37,009 bases of DNA from a virus, in IMG/VR virus record IMGVR_UViG_3300045988_084160, positions 1 to 37,009 of that record; one strand, written 5' to 3'. Made by a program: the position numbers and the translations under genes. Numbering within the stretch: position 1 is the stretch's first letter; the number at the start of each line of letters is the position of its first letter. Positions 8,857 to 17,250 of this stretch are shown here, piece after piece. A model generated the notes under the pieces. The model made no database searches. It was not told where the DNA came from and was given only the letters and a program-made list of their open reading frames with translations.

Positions 8857-9302
8857 TGACAATAAAAGAATTGGTGGAATTAAATTTCTGCATTGCTGAA
8901 ATAGAAGTTGAGGTTAGGTCAAACGGCAGACTTAAAGCCAAATATTACATAGGAGATGGAGCATGGAGAGATGCGAAACTGCGCGAACATGAAGCACATC
9001 AGGATTATAAAGTTGAGTTTATAGCAGAAAAGATAAACAGATTTGAAAATGACCATGTATACCATGACATTATATTAAAAAACATTCCAAAGAAAATATT
9101 AAAAATGGAAGTATATGGATGGCAGATGACCAGAAAACATTGGCATCCGACTAATTCAGATTCATTTGAAGCTATAGAGATTACAGTAGAAGTGCCGGAA
9201 AACTATGATTTACCACCAATGCAGGAAGAAAAGGAACTTGAAGGGCAGATGGATATATATGATGTGTTTGATAGTGAAGGGAGACTTAAATGGCAAGAAT
9301 AG
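8856..9302 (+). CDS. 148-aa hypothetical protein
   Basis: GTG start overlaps the upstream TAG by one base (TAGTG). No recognised motif. Confidence 0.55.
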   Translation: MTIKELVELNFCIAEIEVEVRSNGRLKAKYYIGDGAWRDAKLREHEAHQDYKVEFIAEKINRFENDHVYHDIILKNIPKKILKMEVYGWQMTRKHWHPTNSDSFEAIEITVEVPENYDLPPMQEEKELEGQMDIYDVFDSEGRLKWQE

Positions 9303-9541
9303 ATAAAGAAGAGCAGGCAAGGCGTGAAGGAATGGCTTATGCCCTTCGAATTGCAAAGGAAAAGGGAATAGATGCACTGGAAGAAGATTTGAAAATGAGA
9401 AATGCTATAGGTCTTCCGGTGGGAGTTGATAGAAAAGCATTAAATCAATTTACTGAAAACGTTAAATTCAATACTGTTGATACTATGGTTATTCTAATGG
9501 CAGGAACAGATAGAGATTTTAAAAGAAGAACTGGGAATTGA
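9290..9541 (+). CDS. 83-aa hypothetical protein (possibly a truncated form; see rejected notes)
   Basis: ORF overlaps the previous gene by 13 nt. Confidence 0.5.
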   Translation: MARIDKEEQARREGMAYALRIAKEKGIDALEEDLKMRNAIGLPVGVDRKALNQFTENVKFNTVDTMVILMAGTDRDFKRRTGN

Positions 9542-9636
9542 GTTGAGCATCAGAGCAAATGACAAAGATGTTAGATGTTAATGGAAAATGTTAAGAAATG
9601 TTAAGGTGTGAGAGAAATAGAAAGAGAGGAATAAGA

Positions 9637-10125
9637 ATGGCAAAGGTCAAAATTACAAAAGAATTAGATTCTAGAAATACGCAATATTTTAAACTAACTA
9701 AAAAGCGTGGAAAGATTACAGTTAGAGAAGCATTTGAGGCAATGGAAGAATCTTACTATTTTGGAGAGTATTTAATTCAATTTAATGTTCCAGAAGAAGC
9801 ACCAATGGATTTGTATGAAGATGGAGATGAGTGGAGATTGTACGCAGCAAAAGAGTTATTGGAAGAAGAACTATACAAAGCTCATCAGGAAGGTTATGAA
9901 GAATGCAAAGAAGATTTTAACCTTGAAAATAATGGTTGGATTCCATGTAAGGAGAGATTACCTGAAACTTTTAAAGCAAAAGCGTATTTAACCACTAATG
10001 AAGATGGAATGATAGGAGTGTCATATTATCATCATGGTTGGTCAAATGGCTATGAAAGTGTATTCGATGTGATTGCATGGCAACCACTACCAGAACCATA
10101 CGAGGAGGAGACGGAAGATGAATAA
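9637..10125 (+). CDS. Acidic protein with a C-terminal DUF551-like domain
   Basis: GWIPCKERLPE....V.AWQPLPEPY is the DUF551 pattern. ATG 9637 after GAGAGGA is preferred over 9598. Confidence 0.65.
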   Translation: MAKVKITKELDSRNTQYFKLTKKRGKITVREAFEAMEESYYFGEYLIQFNVPEEAPMDLYEDGDEWRLYAAKELLEEELYKAHQEGYEECKEDFNLENNGWIPCKERLPETFKAKAYLTTNEDGMIGVSYYHHGWSNGYESVFDVIAWQPLPEPYEEETEDE

Positions 10126-10324
10126 AGATTTAATAAATATATTGCTAGATGCATATGAAAAAGAATATGGAGAAGATGCAAAGTTCGGTGAAGGAGACGT
10201 ACAAATATTTGAGTTAAACGATTGTATGGTTATTCTTTCACTTGAAGATAGAACATTAAAAACACAAATAATAGGAGACAAGGCTATTAAAGTTGACCAT
10301 GAAACAGGATTTTTTCAGAATTAA
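10118..10324 (+). CDS. 68-aa hypothetical protein
   Basis: ATG after GGAGACGGAAG overlaps the upstream stop. It is the internal Met of track ORF 10073. Confidence 0.5.
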   Translation: MNKDLINILLDAYEKEYGEDAKFGEGDVQIFELNDCMVILSLEDRTLKTQIIGDKAIKVDHETGFFQN

Positions 10325-10340
10325 AAGGAGAGTGAACAGA

Positions 10341-10616
10341 ATGAGATTAATTGATGAAGATTCATTTAAAAAATTTTTAACTAAGTTATATGAAGCAGGA
10401 GCACCTTATGACGGAATTATTGAATTATTGGATAAACAGCCAACAGCCTACGATGTGGATAAGGTTGTGGAAGAGTTGGAGAATGAGAGAGAATACGCTC
10501 ACGCTGATTTTGAACAATACGCAGAATTACACGGAATAGATACCGAAGATGACTGGTTTTATGCAGGTATGAGAAGAGCAATCGAGATAGTAAAGGCAGG
10601 TGGAACGAATGATTAA
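10341..10616 (+). CDS. 91-aa hypothetical protein
   Basis: ATG 10341 follows AAAAGGAGAG with good spacing. It is the internal Met of track ORF 10293. Confidence 0.55.
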   Translation: MRLIDEDSFKKFLTKLYEAGAPYDGIIELLDKQPTAYDVDKVVEELENEREYAHADFEQYAELHGIDTEDDWFYAGMRRAIEIVKAGGTND

Positions 10617-10734
10617 GATATTAATTATAGCAATAGTAATCATAGTGATAGCAGCAGTATATTCACTATGTATTATGAGCTCAAAAGACGACAGGAGAAG
10701 AGAAAGAGACGCAAGAAGCTGGGATGAGGATTAG
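10609..10734 (+). CDS. 41-aa single-pass membrane peptide with an Arg/Asp-rich tail
   Basis: MIKILIIAIVIIVIAAVYSLCIM followed by SSKDDRRRERDARSWDED. Overlaps the previous gene by 8 nt. Not in the ORF track. Confidence 0.4.
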   Translation: MIKILIIAIVIIVIAAVYSLCIMSSKDDRRRERDARSWDED

Positions 10735-10758
10735 TCGATAAAGGTCGAACATTGATAA

Positions 10759-10787
10759 TTGAATAGAGGTAGTTGGAATGGTATAAT
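10759..10787 (+). promoter_or_regulatory. Promoter TTGAAT-17 nt-TATAAT with an extended -10 (TGGTATAAT)
   Basis: Read directly. A TCGATAAAGGTCG motif sits at 10735-10747, just upstream. Confidence 0.6.
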
Positions 10788-10818
10788 TTGTGTATGAGTT
10801 ACAGAGGGGAGGGATCGT

Positions 10819-11118
10819 ATGGCAAAGTTGTCAGAAGAGAGTTGTTTGTATAACAATTTGTCTCAAAAATATGATGATAAAAAGGAAGATATTACTCTTG
10901 AATTGTTTGAAGAATGTATTGATATAGCAAAAGAAGCAAATTCAAGAGAAATAAGATTTGTTCTTTTTAAACTGAAATCTTTGTACGATGATACAGACAT
11001 AGGAATTGATAACATAAATAAGTTAACAAAAATTGCTAAATGTTTAGTAGGAAACAACTATAAAGCATCATTTTTGATTTGTGTATTAGAGACAGCATTA
11101 GAAGAAAAGAAAAATTAG
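10819..11118 (+). CDS. 99-aa hypothetical protein in a self-contained transcription unit (moron-like)
   Basis: GGGGAGGG RBS, with its own promoter upstream and its own terminator downstream. AT-rich. Confidence 0.6.
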   Translation: MAKLSEESCLYNNLSQKYDDKKEDITLELFEECIDIAKEANSREIRFVLFKLKSLYDDTDIGIDNINKLTKIAKCLVGNNYKASFLICVLETALEEKKN

Positions 11119-11127
11119 TAAAACAGA

Positions 11128-11157
11128 CCAACTACCAATATTCGGTGGTTGGTTTTT
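11128..11157 (+). terminator. Intrinsic terminator
   Basis: CCAACTACC / GGTGGTTGG stem with a 7-nt loop, followed by TTTTT. Confidence 0.7.
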
Positions 11158-11186
11158 ATTTTGCATAAAACAGAAAGGATAAGGTA

Positions 11187-11597
11187 ATGACAAGGAAAGA
11201 ACTGGAAGCATATAAGGTTAATGAGAGGTTAATAGAACGCAATCTAAAAAAGATAGAGGAAGAGAGATATAAGGACATACCAACAGTATATGGAAAGGTA
11301 AAAAGCTCAATGGCAGAACATCCATATATAGAAACGCATATGGCAGTACAGATGGAAGAACCTGTTGAATCAAATAAGCGAATACATAAGCTGGAAAAGT
11401 GGGAGCAGGAAGTCAGCAAAGCCAAGAGTGACAATGCAAAGGTGGAAGAGTTTATTAACAGAATTGAGGATGTGAAAATTAAGGAAATATTCATTTATAG
11501 ATTTATTGATGGAAAGTCAGTAAAGGAAATTGCAGGCATTATTGGATGTACGAATGGAAGGGTATCACAGGTGATAACTGACTATCTGAATAACTAA
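11187..11597 (+). CDS. Putative late-gene transcriptional regulator with a C-terminal sigma-70 region-4-like HTH
   Basis: Lies immediately upstream of terS. C-terminal IFIYRFIDGKSVKEIAGIIGCTNGRVSQVI is a sigma region 4 / ArpU-RinA-type HTH. Confidence 0.6.
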   Translation: MTRKELEAYKVNERLIERNLKKIEEERYKDIPTVYGKVKSSMAEHPYIETHMAVQMEEPVESNKRIHKLEKWEQEVSKAKSDNAKVEEFINRIEDVKIKEIFIYRFIDGKSVKEIAGIIGCTNGRVSQVITDYLNN

Positions 11598-11630
11598 ACA
11601 AACTAAACAAATTAAACTCATTAAATAAAC
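11594..11630 (+). repeat. Degenerate 9-bp tandem array (CTAAACAAA CTAAACAAA TTAAACTCA TTAAATAAAC)
   Basis: TAAAC recurs at 11595, 11604, 11613 and 11626. The array ends 6 nt before the extended -10 at 11636. Confidence 0.6.
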
Positions 11631-11635
11631 AGATA

Positions 11636-11644
11636 TGGTATAAT
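11636..11644 (+). promoter_or_regulatory. Extended -10 element TGGTATAAT with no recognisable -35 (candidate activator-dependent late promoter)
   Basis: The -35 position reads ACTCAT. The tandem repeats occupy the upstream region. Confidence 0.45.
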
Positions 11645-11652
11645 TAAACTTG

Positions 11653-11680
11653 CAAAAGTATGACAATAACTTTTGTTTTT
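11653..11680 (+). terminator. Weak terminator-like hairpin in the late leader
   Basis: CAAAAGT / ACTTTTG stem, 9-nt loop, then TTTTT. Confidence 0.4.
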
Positions 11681-11701
11681 ACCCCAGTATAAACTTTTAA
11701 A

Positions 11702-11725
11702 GGCAGCTGAAAAGCTGTCTTTTTT
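11702..11725 (+). terminator. Intrinsic terminator in the late leader
   Basis: GGCAGCT-GAAA-AGCTGTC hairpin followed by TTTTTT. Confidence 0.65.
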
Positions 11726-11792
11726 CGTGAGTGGAAAGTAAAAAGCGTAATAAGTTTACACAATTTGAATAAATCAGAAAGGAGTGGTTGCA

Positions 11793-12329
11793 GTGACAAT
11801 TAAGGAACAGAAATTTTGTGATGAACTTTTGTCGGATCCAGATTTTAACAAAACAATGGCATACAAAAAGGCATATCAAAATGTCAAAAATGATAATGTT
11901 GCGGCTGCAGCTGCTTCAAGATTAATGAACAAACCTGAGATTAAAGAGTACATAGAAAAGCAGTTAGCTGAATTGCACAATGAAAAAACAGCAGACGCAC
12001 AGGAAGTATTGGAGTATCTCACATCAGTAATGAGAAGGGAACATAAAGAAAATGTTGTAGTTACTTTGAGCAGAGAAACATCTACATATGTTCCAGATGA
12101 AAAAGGGACAATGAGAAAGCAAACAGTTAAGGAAGAGATACCCCAAATAGTTGAAATACCTACAAGAGTTTCAGATGCAAATAAAGCAGCTGAGCTTCTT
12201 GGTAAGAGATATGGTTTATATACTGACAAGATAGACGTAAATAACGAAGCAGAGGAAAAGAAAGCAGAGAAGTTGGATAACATTGCTAGTATTTTAGCTC
12301 AAATGACACCTGTAAGAGAGGGTGAGTAG
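11793..12329 (+). CDS. terS: Terminase small subunit
   Basis: TIKEQKFCDELL...N.T.AYKKAY......AAAAASRLM..P.I..YI is the Terminase_2 signature. GTG 11793 lies 8 nt after AAAGGAG (the track start is 11784). Confidence 0.8.
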   Translation: MTIKEQKFCDELLSDPDFNKTMAYKKAYQNVKNDNVAAAAASRLMNKPEIKEYIEKQLAELHNEKTADAQEVLEYLTSVMRREHKENVVVTLSRETSTYVPDEKGTMRKQTVKEEIPQIVEIPTRVSDANKAAELLGKRYGLYTDKIDVNNEAEEKKAEKLDNIASILAQMTPVREGE

Positions 12330-12331
12330 AT

Positions 12332-13720
12332 TTGTTAATACTATCACCTAAATTTAAAGAATTTATATTAACAGAAACTAAGCGAGATTATCTTGAAGGT
12401 ACTACTGCAGCAGGAAAAACTACTGTAGGTATATTTAAGTTTATGCTTATGGTGGCAAAGAGCGATATTAAGTATCATGTTATTGCAGGAGCAGATCTTG
12501 GTACAGTTGAAAAGAATGTAATCAATAATGAAAGAGGCCTTTTGGATCAGTTTGATGGTTTAGCTGAATATTATCCTAAAGGTCAAGGCAGAATTGGTCT
12601 ATCACACATTAAGTATCAGACACCAAATGGTGAAAAGATAATTTACGTGTGTGGTTATGATAATAAGGCACGTTGGAAAAAGGTATTAGGTTCACAGCAA
12701 GGTTGTGTGTACATTGATGAAGTTAATACTGCTGATATGGAGTTTTTAAGAGAAATCTCACATAGATGCAAGTATATGATGACTACATCAAATCCTGACA
12801 GTCCCGATTTGCCGGTATATAAAGAATTTATTAATCATAGCAGACCTTTAAAAAAGTATATTAAAGATTATCCAGAAGAATTGCTGGCAGAGTTAAATGA
12901 ACCTGAAAAAGTTGGCTGGGTTCATTGGTATTTTACTTTTTATGATAATGCTAGTTTAACAGAGCAGGATATTCAGGACAAAATAGATGCAGTTCCGGTA
13001 GGAACCAAAATGTATAAAAACAAAATATTAGGTCTTAGAGGAAAGGCTACAGGTCTTGTATTCAGCATATTTGACAGAAAGCATCATGTTATTACAGTTG
13101 ATAAAGCAAAAGCATTTATCAGAAACAGAGCAGATAAAAAGCAGACGGAATGGTTTGAAATATATACAAGTGGATTAGATACAGCGTATTCAACCAAAAG
13201 TCCTGATACAATAGCCATGAGTTTTGCAGGAATAACAAATAGAGGCAGATATATACTTTTGGATGAAAGAGTATATAACAATGCTGAAATCGGAACTCCG
13301 GTAGCTCCATCTGATACTGCAAAGAATTATTATGATTTCTTGGAAAGAAACAGAAAGGAATGGGGGCTTGCAAAGCATACATTTATTGATTCTGCTGATG
13401 CGGCAACTATAACTGAATTAAAAAAGTTTAAAAGAGAACACGCACAATGCTTATATGTGTTCAATGAAGCATATAAGGGTGTGAAAATTATAGATAGAAT
13501 TATATTACAACTTGGTTGGATGAACTTTAATGATGATAAAGACATTCAGTCAAGTTTTTTAATTGTTGAATCCTGTAAGGAATATCAAAAGGAATTAGAT
13601 AAGTATTCATGGAAAGAGGAAAAGGACCAGGAACCAGAAGACGGCAATGATCATATGGTTAATTCAGTTCAGTACAATTGGATTCCGTACAGAAAGAAAA
13701 TAGGAGTAAATAAAGAATGA
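12332..13720 (+). CDS. terL: Terminase large subunit
   Basis: Walker A GTTAAGKTT, Walker B VYIDEV and a C-terminal nuclease region. Position after terS. TTG start. Confidence 0.85.
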   Translation: MLILSPKFKEFILTETKRDYLEGTTAAGKTTVGIFKFMLMVAKSDIKYHVIAGADLGTVEKNVINNERGLLDQFDGLAEYYPKGQGRIGLSHIKYQTPNGEKIIYVCGYDNKARWKKVLGSQQGCVYIDEVNTADMEFLREISHRCKYMMTTSNPDSPDLPVYKEFINHSRPLKKYIKDYPEELLAELNEPEKVGWVHWYFTFYDNASLTEQDIQDKIDAVPVGTKMYKNKILGLRGKATGLVFSIFDRKHHVITVDKAKAFIRNRADKKQTEWFEIYTSGLDTAYSTKSPDTIAMSFAGITNRGRYILLDERVYNNAEIGTPVAPSDTAKNYYDFLERNRKEWGLAKHTFIDSADAATITELKKFKREHAQCLYVFNEAYKGVKIIDRIILQLGWMNFNDDKDIQSSFLIVESCKEYQKELDKYSWKEEKDQEPEDGNDHMVNSVQYNWIPYRKKIGVNKE

Positions 13721-15258
13721 GGTTATTAGATAAAATGAGAGATGGAATAAGACATTTTTTAAGAATACAGGACGCTCCAAAACAGACGTTTAACATTAGG
13801 GAATTACTTAATTATGATGGAAACTGTGTAAAAAATCTTATTTGGTATCGTGGTGATAGCTACGAACTGACACAGCTTTATCAAAACATTCCAGGTGGTT
13901 CTGATGGTGTGAAGTTTTGGGCTGCACGTTCAACTGTTGGAAGAGAGATAAGAAAAATACATACAGGCTTACCAGGGATTATAGTTGACCGATTGACTGA
14001 CATTATTATTAATGATTTTAGCCAGATTACATTTGCAAAAGATACAGACAAAAGGACATGGGACGATATAGCAGAAGATAATAACTTTAAAGAAATACTT
14101 AAAAAGGCAACGTCTAAGATGCTTGTATTAGGTGATGGTGCATTTAAAATATCACTCGATACAAAAATAAGCCAATATCCGATTATAGAGTTTTATGGAG
14201 CAGATAAAGTTGATTATGTGTATAACAGAGGACGAATACAGGAAGTAGTTTTTACTACTGAATATAGATACAACGATACAAGCTACTACTTAAAAGAACA
14301 TTATGGATATGGTTATATTGCCTACAAACTTTACAGAGAAATGGATGAGGTAAGTGTTGCTGTTAATACAATTCCAATGTTGAGTGGATTAACCGATGTT
14401 GCATTTGATGAATCAGTAATGATGGCACACCCAATAAAGTTTGGAGAAAGTGCAAAATGGGAGGGAAGAGGTCAGTCTATCTTTGATAAAAAGACGGATG
14501 ATTTTGATGCGTTAGATGAAGCATGGAGTCAATGGATGGACGCTTTAAGAAAAGGGCGAAGTAAGGAGTGGATTCCTGAATCATTACTTCCAAGAGATCC
14601 GGAAAGTGGGGCAATAATTAAGCCAAATGCATTTGATAATTCATACATAAAGCGTGGTGATGATTTATCTGAAAATGCACAGAACAAGATTGAGGTCACA
14701 CAGCCGGCAATTCCGCACGATTCATATCTTGCCACATACATTACAGCATTGGATTTGTGTCTACAGGGATTAATCAGTCCAAGTACATTGGGAATTGATG
14801 TGAAGAAGTTAGACAATGCGGAAGCGCAGAGAGAAAAAGAAAAGACTACTCTTTATACAAGAGGAAACATAGTAGACATCTTACAGGATCAGATACCTTT
14901 ATTTATTCAGAAAGTATTTGATGTTATCAATATAAGTCAAAATAAAACATTAACAGAGGTTAAATGCACAATTGATTTTAGTGAGTATGCTAATCCATCA
15001 TTTGAAAGTCAGGTAGAGACAGTTGGAAAAGCTAAGACACAGGGAATTATGAGTGTAGAAGCGTCCGTTGAGGAACTGTATGGTGATACAAAAGATGAAG
15101 AGTGGAAAAAAGAAGAAGTTGCAAGATTAAAGGCAGAGCAGGGAATAACAGATGAACAGCAACCGGCTTTGAATATGGAAGGAGATTTAACTGATGAAGG
15201 TAATAGTAGGGAAAAAAGTATACCAAATGTCCAAGAACAAGGCAATGAACCTTCTTAG
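13717..15258 (+). CDS. Portal protein
   Basis: 513 aa. ATGA overlap with terL. Acidic C-terminus. Followed by the MuF head protein (SPP1-like order). Confidence 0.8.
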   Translation: MRLLDKMRDGIRHFLRIQDAPKQTFNIRELLNYDGNCVKNLIWYRGDSYELTQLYQNIPGGSDGVKFWAARSTVGREIRKIHTGLPGIIVDRLTDIIINDFSQITFAKDTDKRTWDDIAEDNNFKEILKKATSKMLVLGDGAFKISLDTKISQYPIIEFYGADKVDYVYNRGRIQEVVFTTEYRYNDTSYYLKEHYGYGYIAYKLYREMDEVSVAVNTIPMLSGLTDVAFDESVMMAHPIKFGESAKWEGRGQSIFDKKTDDFDALDEAWSQWMDALRKGRSKEWIPESLLPRDPESGAIIKPNAFDNSYIKRGDDLSENAQNKIEVTQPAIPHDSYLATYITALDLCLQGLISPSTLGIDVKKLDNAEAQREKEKTTLYTRGNIVDILQDQIPLFIQKVFDVINISQNKTLTEVKCTIDFSEYANPSFESQVETVGKAKTQGIMSVEASVEELYGDTKDEEWKKEEVARLKAEQGITDEQQPALNMEGDLTDEGNSREKSIPNVQEQGNEPS

Positions 15259-15418
15259 ACTTGCAAGTGAGCAGGTTCCAAGAGGAATATATGCATTGGA
15301 GAAAGACAAAGTAATTGAAATGAGAAATGATAAATGTAATTCAGTTACTCAGGTAAAAAGTTTAAAAAGACAGTTTAAAAAGGCTGGTTTTAAAGTATAT
15401 GCTAACGGAGTTGATTAG
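15194..15418 (+). CDS. 74-aa basic hypothetical protein
   Basis: GGAG RBS 9 nt upstream. Overlaps the portal 3' end, and the true start is uncertain (alternative 15227). Confidence 0.4.
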   Translation: MKVIVGKKVYQMSKNKAMNLLRLASEQVPRGIYALEKDKVIEMRNDKCNSVTQVKSLKRQFKKAGFKVYANGVD

Positions 15419-15423
15419 AAGAT

Positions 15424-17088
15424 ATGCCAAAGGATTATGACGTTGAAGAGGCTTTCAGAGCAATTGAGAATGAACTTATAAATTCTATGATGTGCAATTT
15501 GTCACATCACAGAGCAGAAGAAATGAAAGAAGGATTGAACTGGACTTCATGGCAGGCAGAACAGCTTAAGGCTCTTAATGTATACAAGCAAAAGAATCAA
15601 AAGAAGTTCACCAAGATATTTGCAGATATTAACAGAAATATTGAAAAGTCCATATTGCTACATAGAAGAACAGGAGAAACTGAACAGGAAAAAGCCATTC
15701 TTGAAGCAATTAAAAAAGGAGCAACGTTAACACATAAAGCAGGAAGCACCATAGAAGGTGCTTTTTTTCGTATTAATGACAGAAAACTTGATGCATTATT
15801 AAACGAGATAAATGCCAGTATGCGACGTGCTGAAACAGCAATGCTTAGAATGGCAAATGACCAATACAGAAAAGTCATATTCAATTCGCAGGTTTATTAT
15901 AACTCTGGAGCAGGTACATATGAAAAAGCAGTGGATATGGCTACAAAGGACTTTTTAAGCCGTGGAATTAATTGTATAGAGTATAAGAATGGTGCAAGAG
16001 TGAATATTGCTTCGTATGCCGGAATGGCTTTAAGAACAGCGAATACCAGAGCATATTGTCAGGGCGAAGGCGCTAAACGTCAGGAATGGGGCATAACAAC
16101 AGTTATAGTAAATAAACGTGGTTTACCTTGTCCTAAATGTGGAAGATGGACTGGAAAGATATTAATAGATGATGTATGGAGTGGTGGAAAAGCAAGTGAT
16201 GGACCATATCCGCTAATGTCTCAGGCTATGGCAGGCGGTTTATATCATCCAAACTGCAAAGATGGACATACAACATATTTTCCAGGCATCTCTGCAAAGC
16301 CTGAAAAGGTAACAAAGAAAGAAATGAAGCAGGCAGTAATTGCAGAAAAACAGGAAAGCAGGGAAAATTTAATACAGAGAAACATAGATAAGTTTGATAG
16401 GTTATCAAATTATTCATTGGATGAAGAAAACAAGAAGATATATGTATCTAGGGCAAATGCCTGGAATAATATAAAAAAATCTCAGAAGGGTATAAATTTT
16501 GGAAAAGCCTTAGAAAGTGGAAATATTAATAATAAAAGGGTAGGAAATAATAATGTTGACTTAAACAAAATGAAGGAAGAATTTGGGAAGAAATTTAATC
16601 AATTAACTAATGATTCTGCAACAAATGATGCTTTAAGAAAGTATGCAAAGGCTATGTTGATTCATAGAAACGGAACTGATGGAGAAGACCTTTATATTAT
16701 TAGTAAGAAATCAGGAAAAAAATTATTTTCTAAAACAAATAGCAATAATATTTTAGGGGTAGAATTAAATAGAGAAGAAATTGAATTGATAAGGCAAATG
16801 CCATTAAAAATAGGAATACATAATCATCCCACAAATATATTACCAACAGGCAGTGATTTTGTAGTTGCTGGATATCGAAAATATGATTTTGGACTAGTAA
16901 TAACACATGATTTAAAAGTTTTTCAATATAAAGTAGGAAACAGACCTTTTCCAGCTACTTATTTAGATAATAAAGTTGACAAATATATGGGAAAGAATTA
17001 CAATCTACCTATATTAGAAGCGCAGAGAAAGGCATTAGACGAACTTTCAGAGGAGGGACTTATTGAATGGAGAGAGATAATGACATAA
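15424..17088 (+). CDS. Minor head protein (SPP1 gp7 / Mu F family) with a ~265-aa C-terminal extension bearing a JAB/RadC-like motif
   Basis: The MuF core ends at ...GGLYHPNCKDGHTTYF (about nt 16290). The extension contains GIHNHPTNILPTGSD (16819..16857). Confidence 0.75.
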   Translation: MPKDYDVEEAFRAIENELINSMMCNLSHHRAEEMKEGLNWTSWQAEQLKALNVYKQKNQKKFTKIFADINRNIEKSILLHRRTGETEQEKAILEAIKKGATLTHKAGSTIEGAFFRINDRKLDALLNEINASMRRAETAMLRMANDQYRKVIFNSQVYYNSGAGTYEKAVDMATKDFLSRGINCIEYKNGARVNIASYAGMALRTANTRAYCQGEGAKRQEWGITTVIVNKRGLPCPKCGRWTGKILIDDVWSGGKASDGPYPLMSQAMAGGLYHPNCKDGHTTYFPGISAKPEKVTKKEMKQAVIAEKQESRENLIQRNIDKFDRLSNYSLDEENKKIYVSRANAWNNIKKSQKGINFGKALESGNINNKRVGNNNVDLNKMKEEFGKKFNQLTNDSATNDALRKYAKAMLIHRNGTDGEDLYIISKKSGKKLFSKTNSNNILGVELNREEIELIRQMPLKIGIHNHPTNILPTGSDFVVAGYRKYDFGLVITHDLKVFQYKVGNRPFPATYLDNKVDKYMGKNYNLPILEAQRKALDELSEEGLIEWREIMT

Positions 17089-17201
17089 TCAAGGAAAAGG
17101 ATTATATTGTAAAGACAGACAGAAGTCCAGAAGAAATTGAAGAAGCAATAAAGAAATCCAGAGAAGAAATGGAAAGAATGAAAGAATGGCCAATGGCATA
17201 G
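17067..17201 (+). CDS. 44-aa acidic mini-protein overlapping the 3' end of the MuF gene
   Basis: GGAGGG lies 9 nt upstream of ATG 17067. Overlaps the MuF stop by 22 nt. Followed directly by a terminator. Not in the ORF track. Confidence 0.45.
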   Translation: MERDNDIIKEKDYIVKTDRSPEEIEEAIKKSREEMERMKEWPMA

Positions 17202-17239
17202 ATACCACCCAGTTATGAAACTAGGTGGTATTTATTTTT
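17202..17239 (+). terminator. Intrinsic terminator inside the head module
   Basis: ATACCACC / GGTGGTAT stem followed by TTTATTTTT. Confidence 0.6.
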
Positions 17240-17250
17240 AAGGAGGTTCT

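Noticed and set aside
9498-9580. Alternative frame at the end of the 83-aa gene reads ...EILKEELGIELSIRANDKDVRC. This suggested a frameshifted or internally deleted longer gene.
   Set aside because: The idea rests only on a vague memory of a longer family. There is no slippery site, and the overlap window is short. An alignment to homologues would be needed.
9598-9636. Upstream in-frame extensions of several track ORFs (9598, 10073, 10293, 22604, 28337, 35277, 1206, 4722, 11784).
   Set aside because: In each case an internal start has a properly spaced AGGAGG-type RBS and avoids long overlaps, so the shorter coordinates were used.
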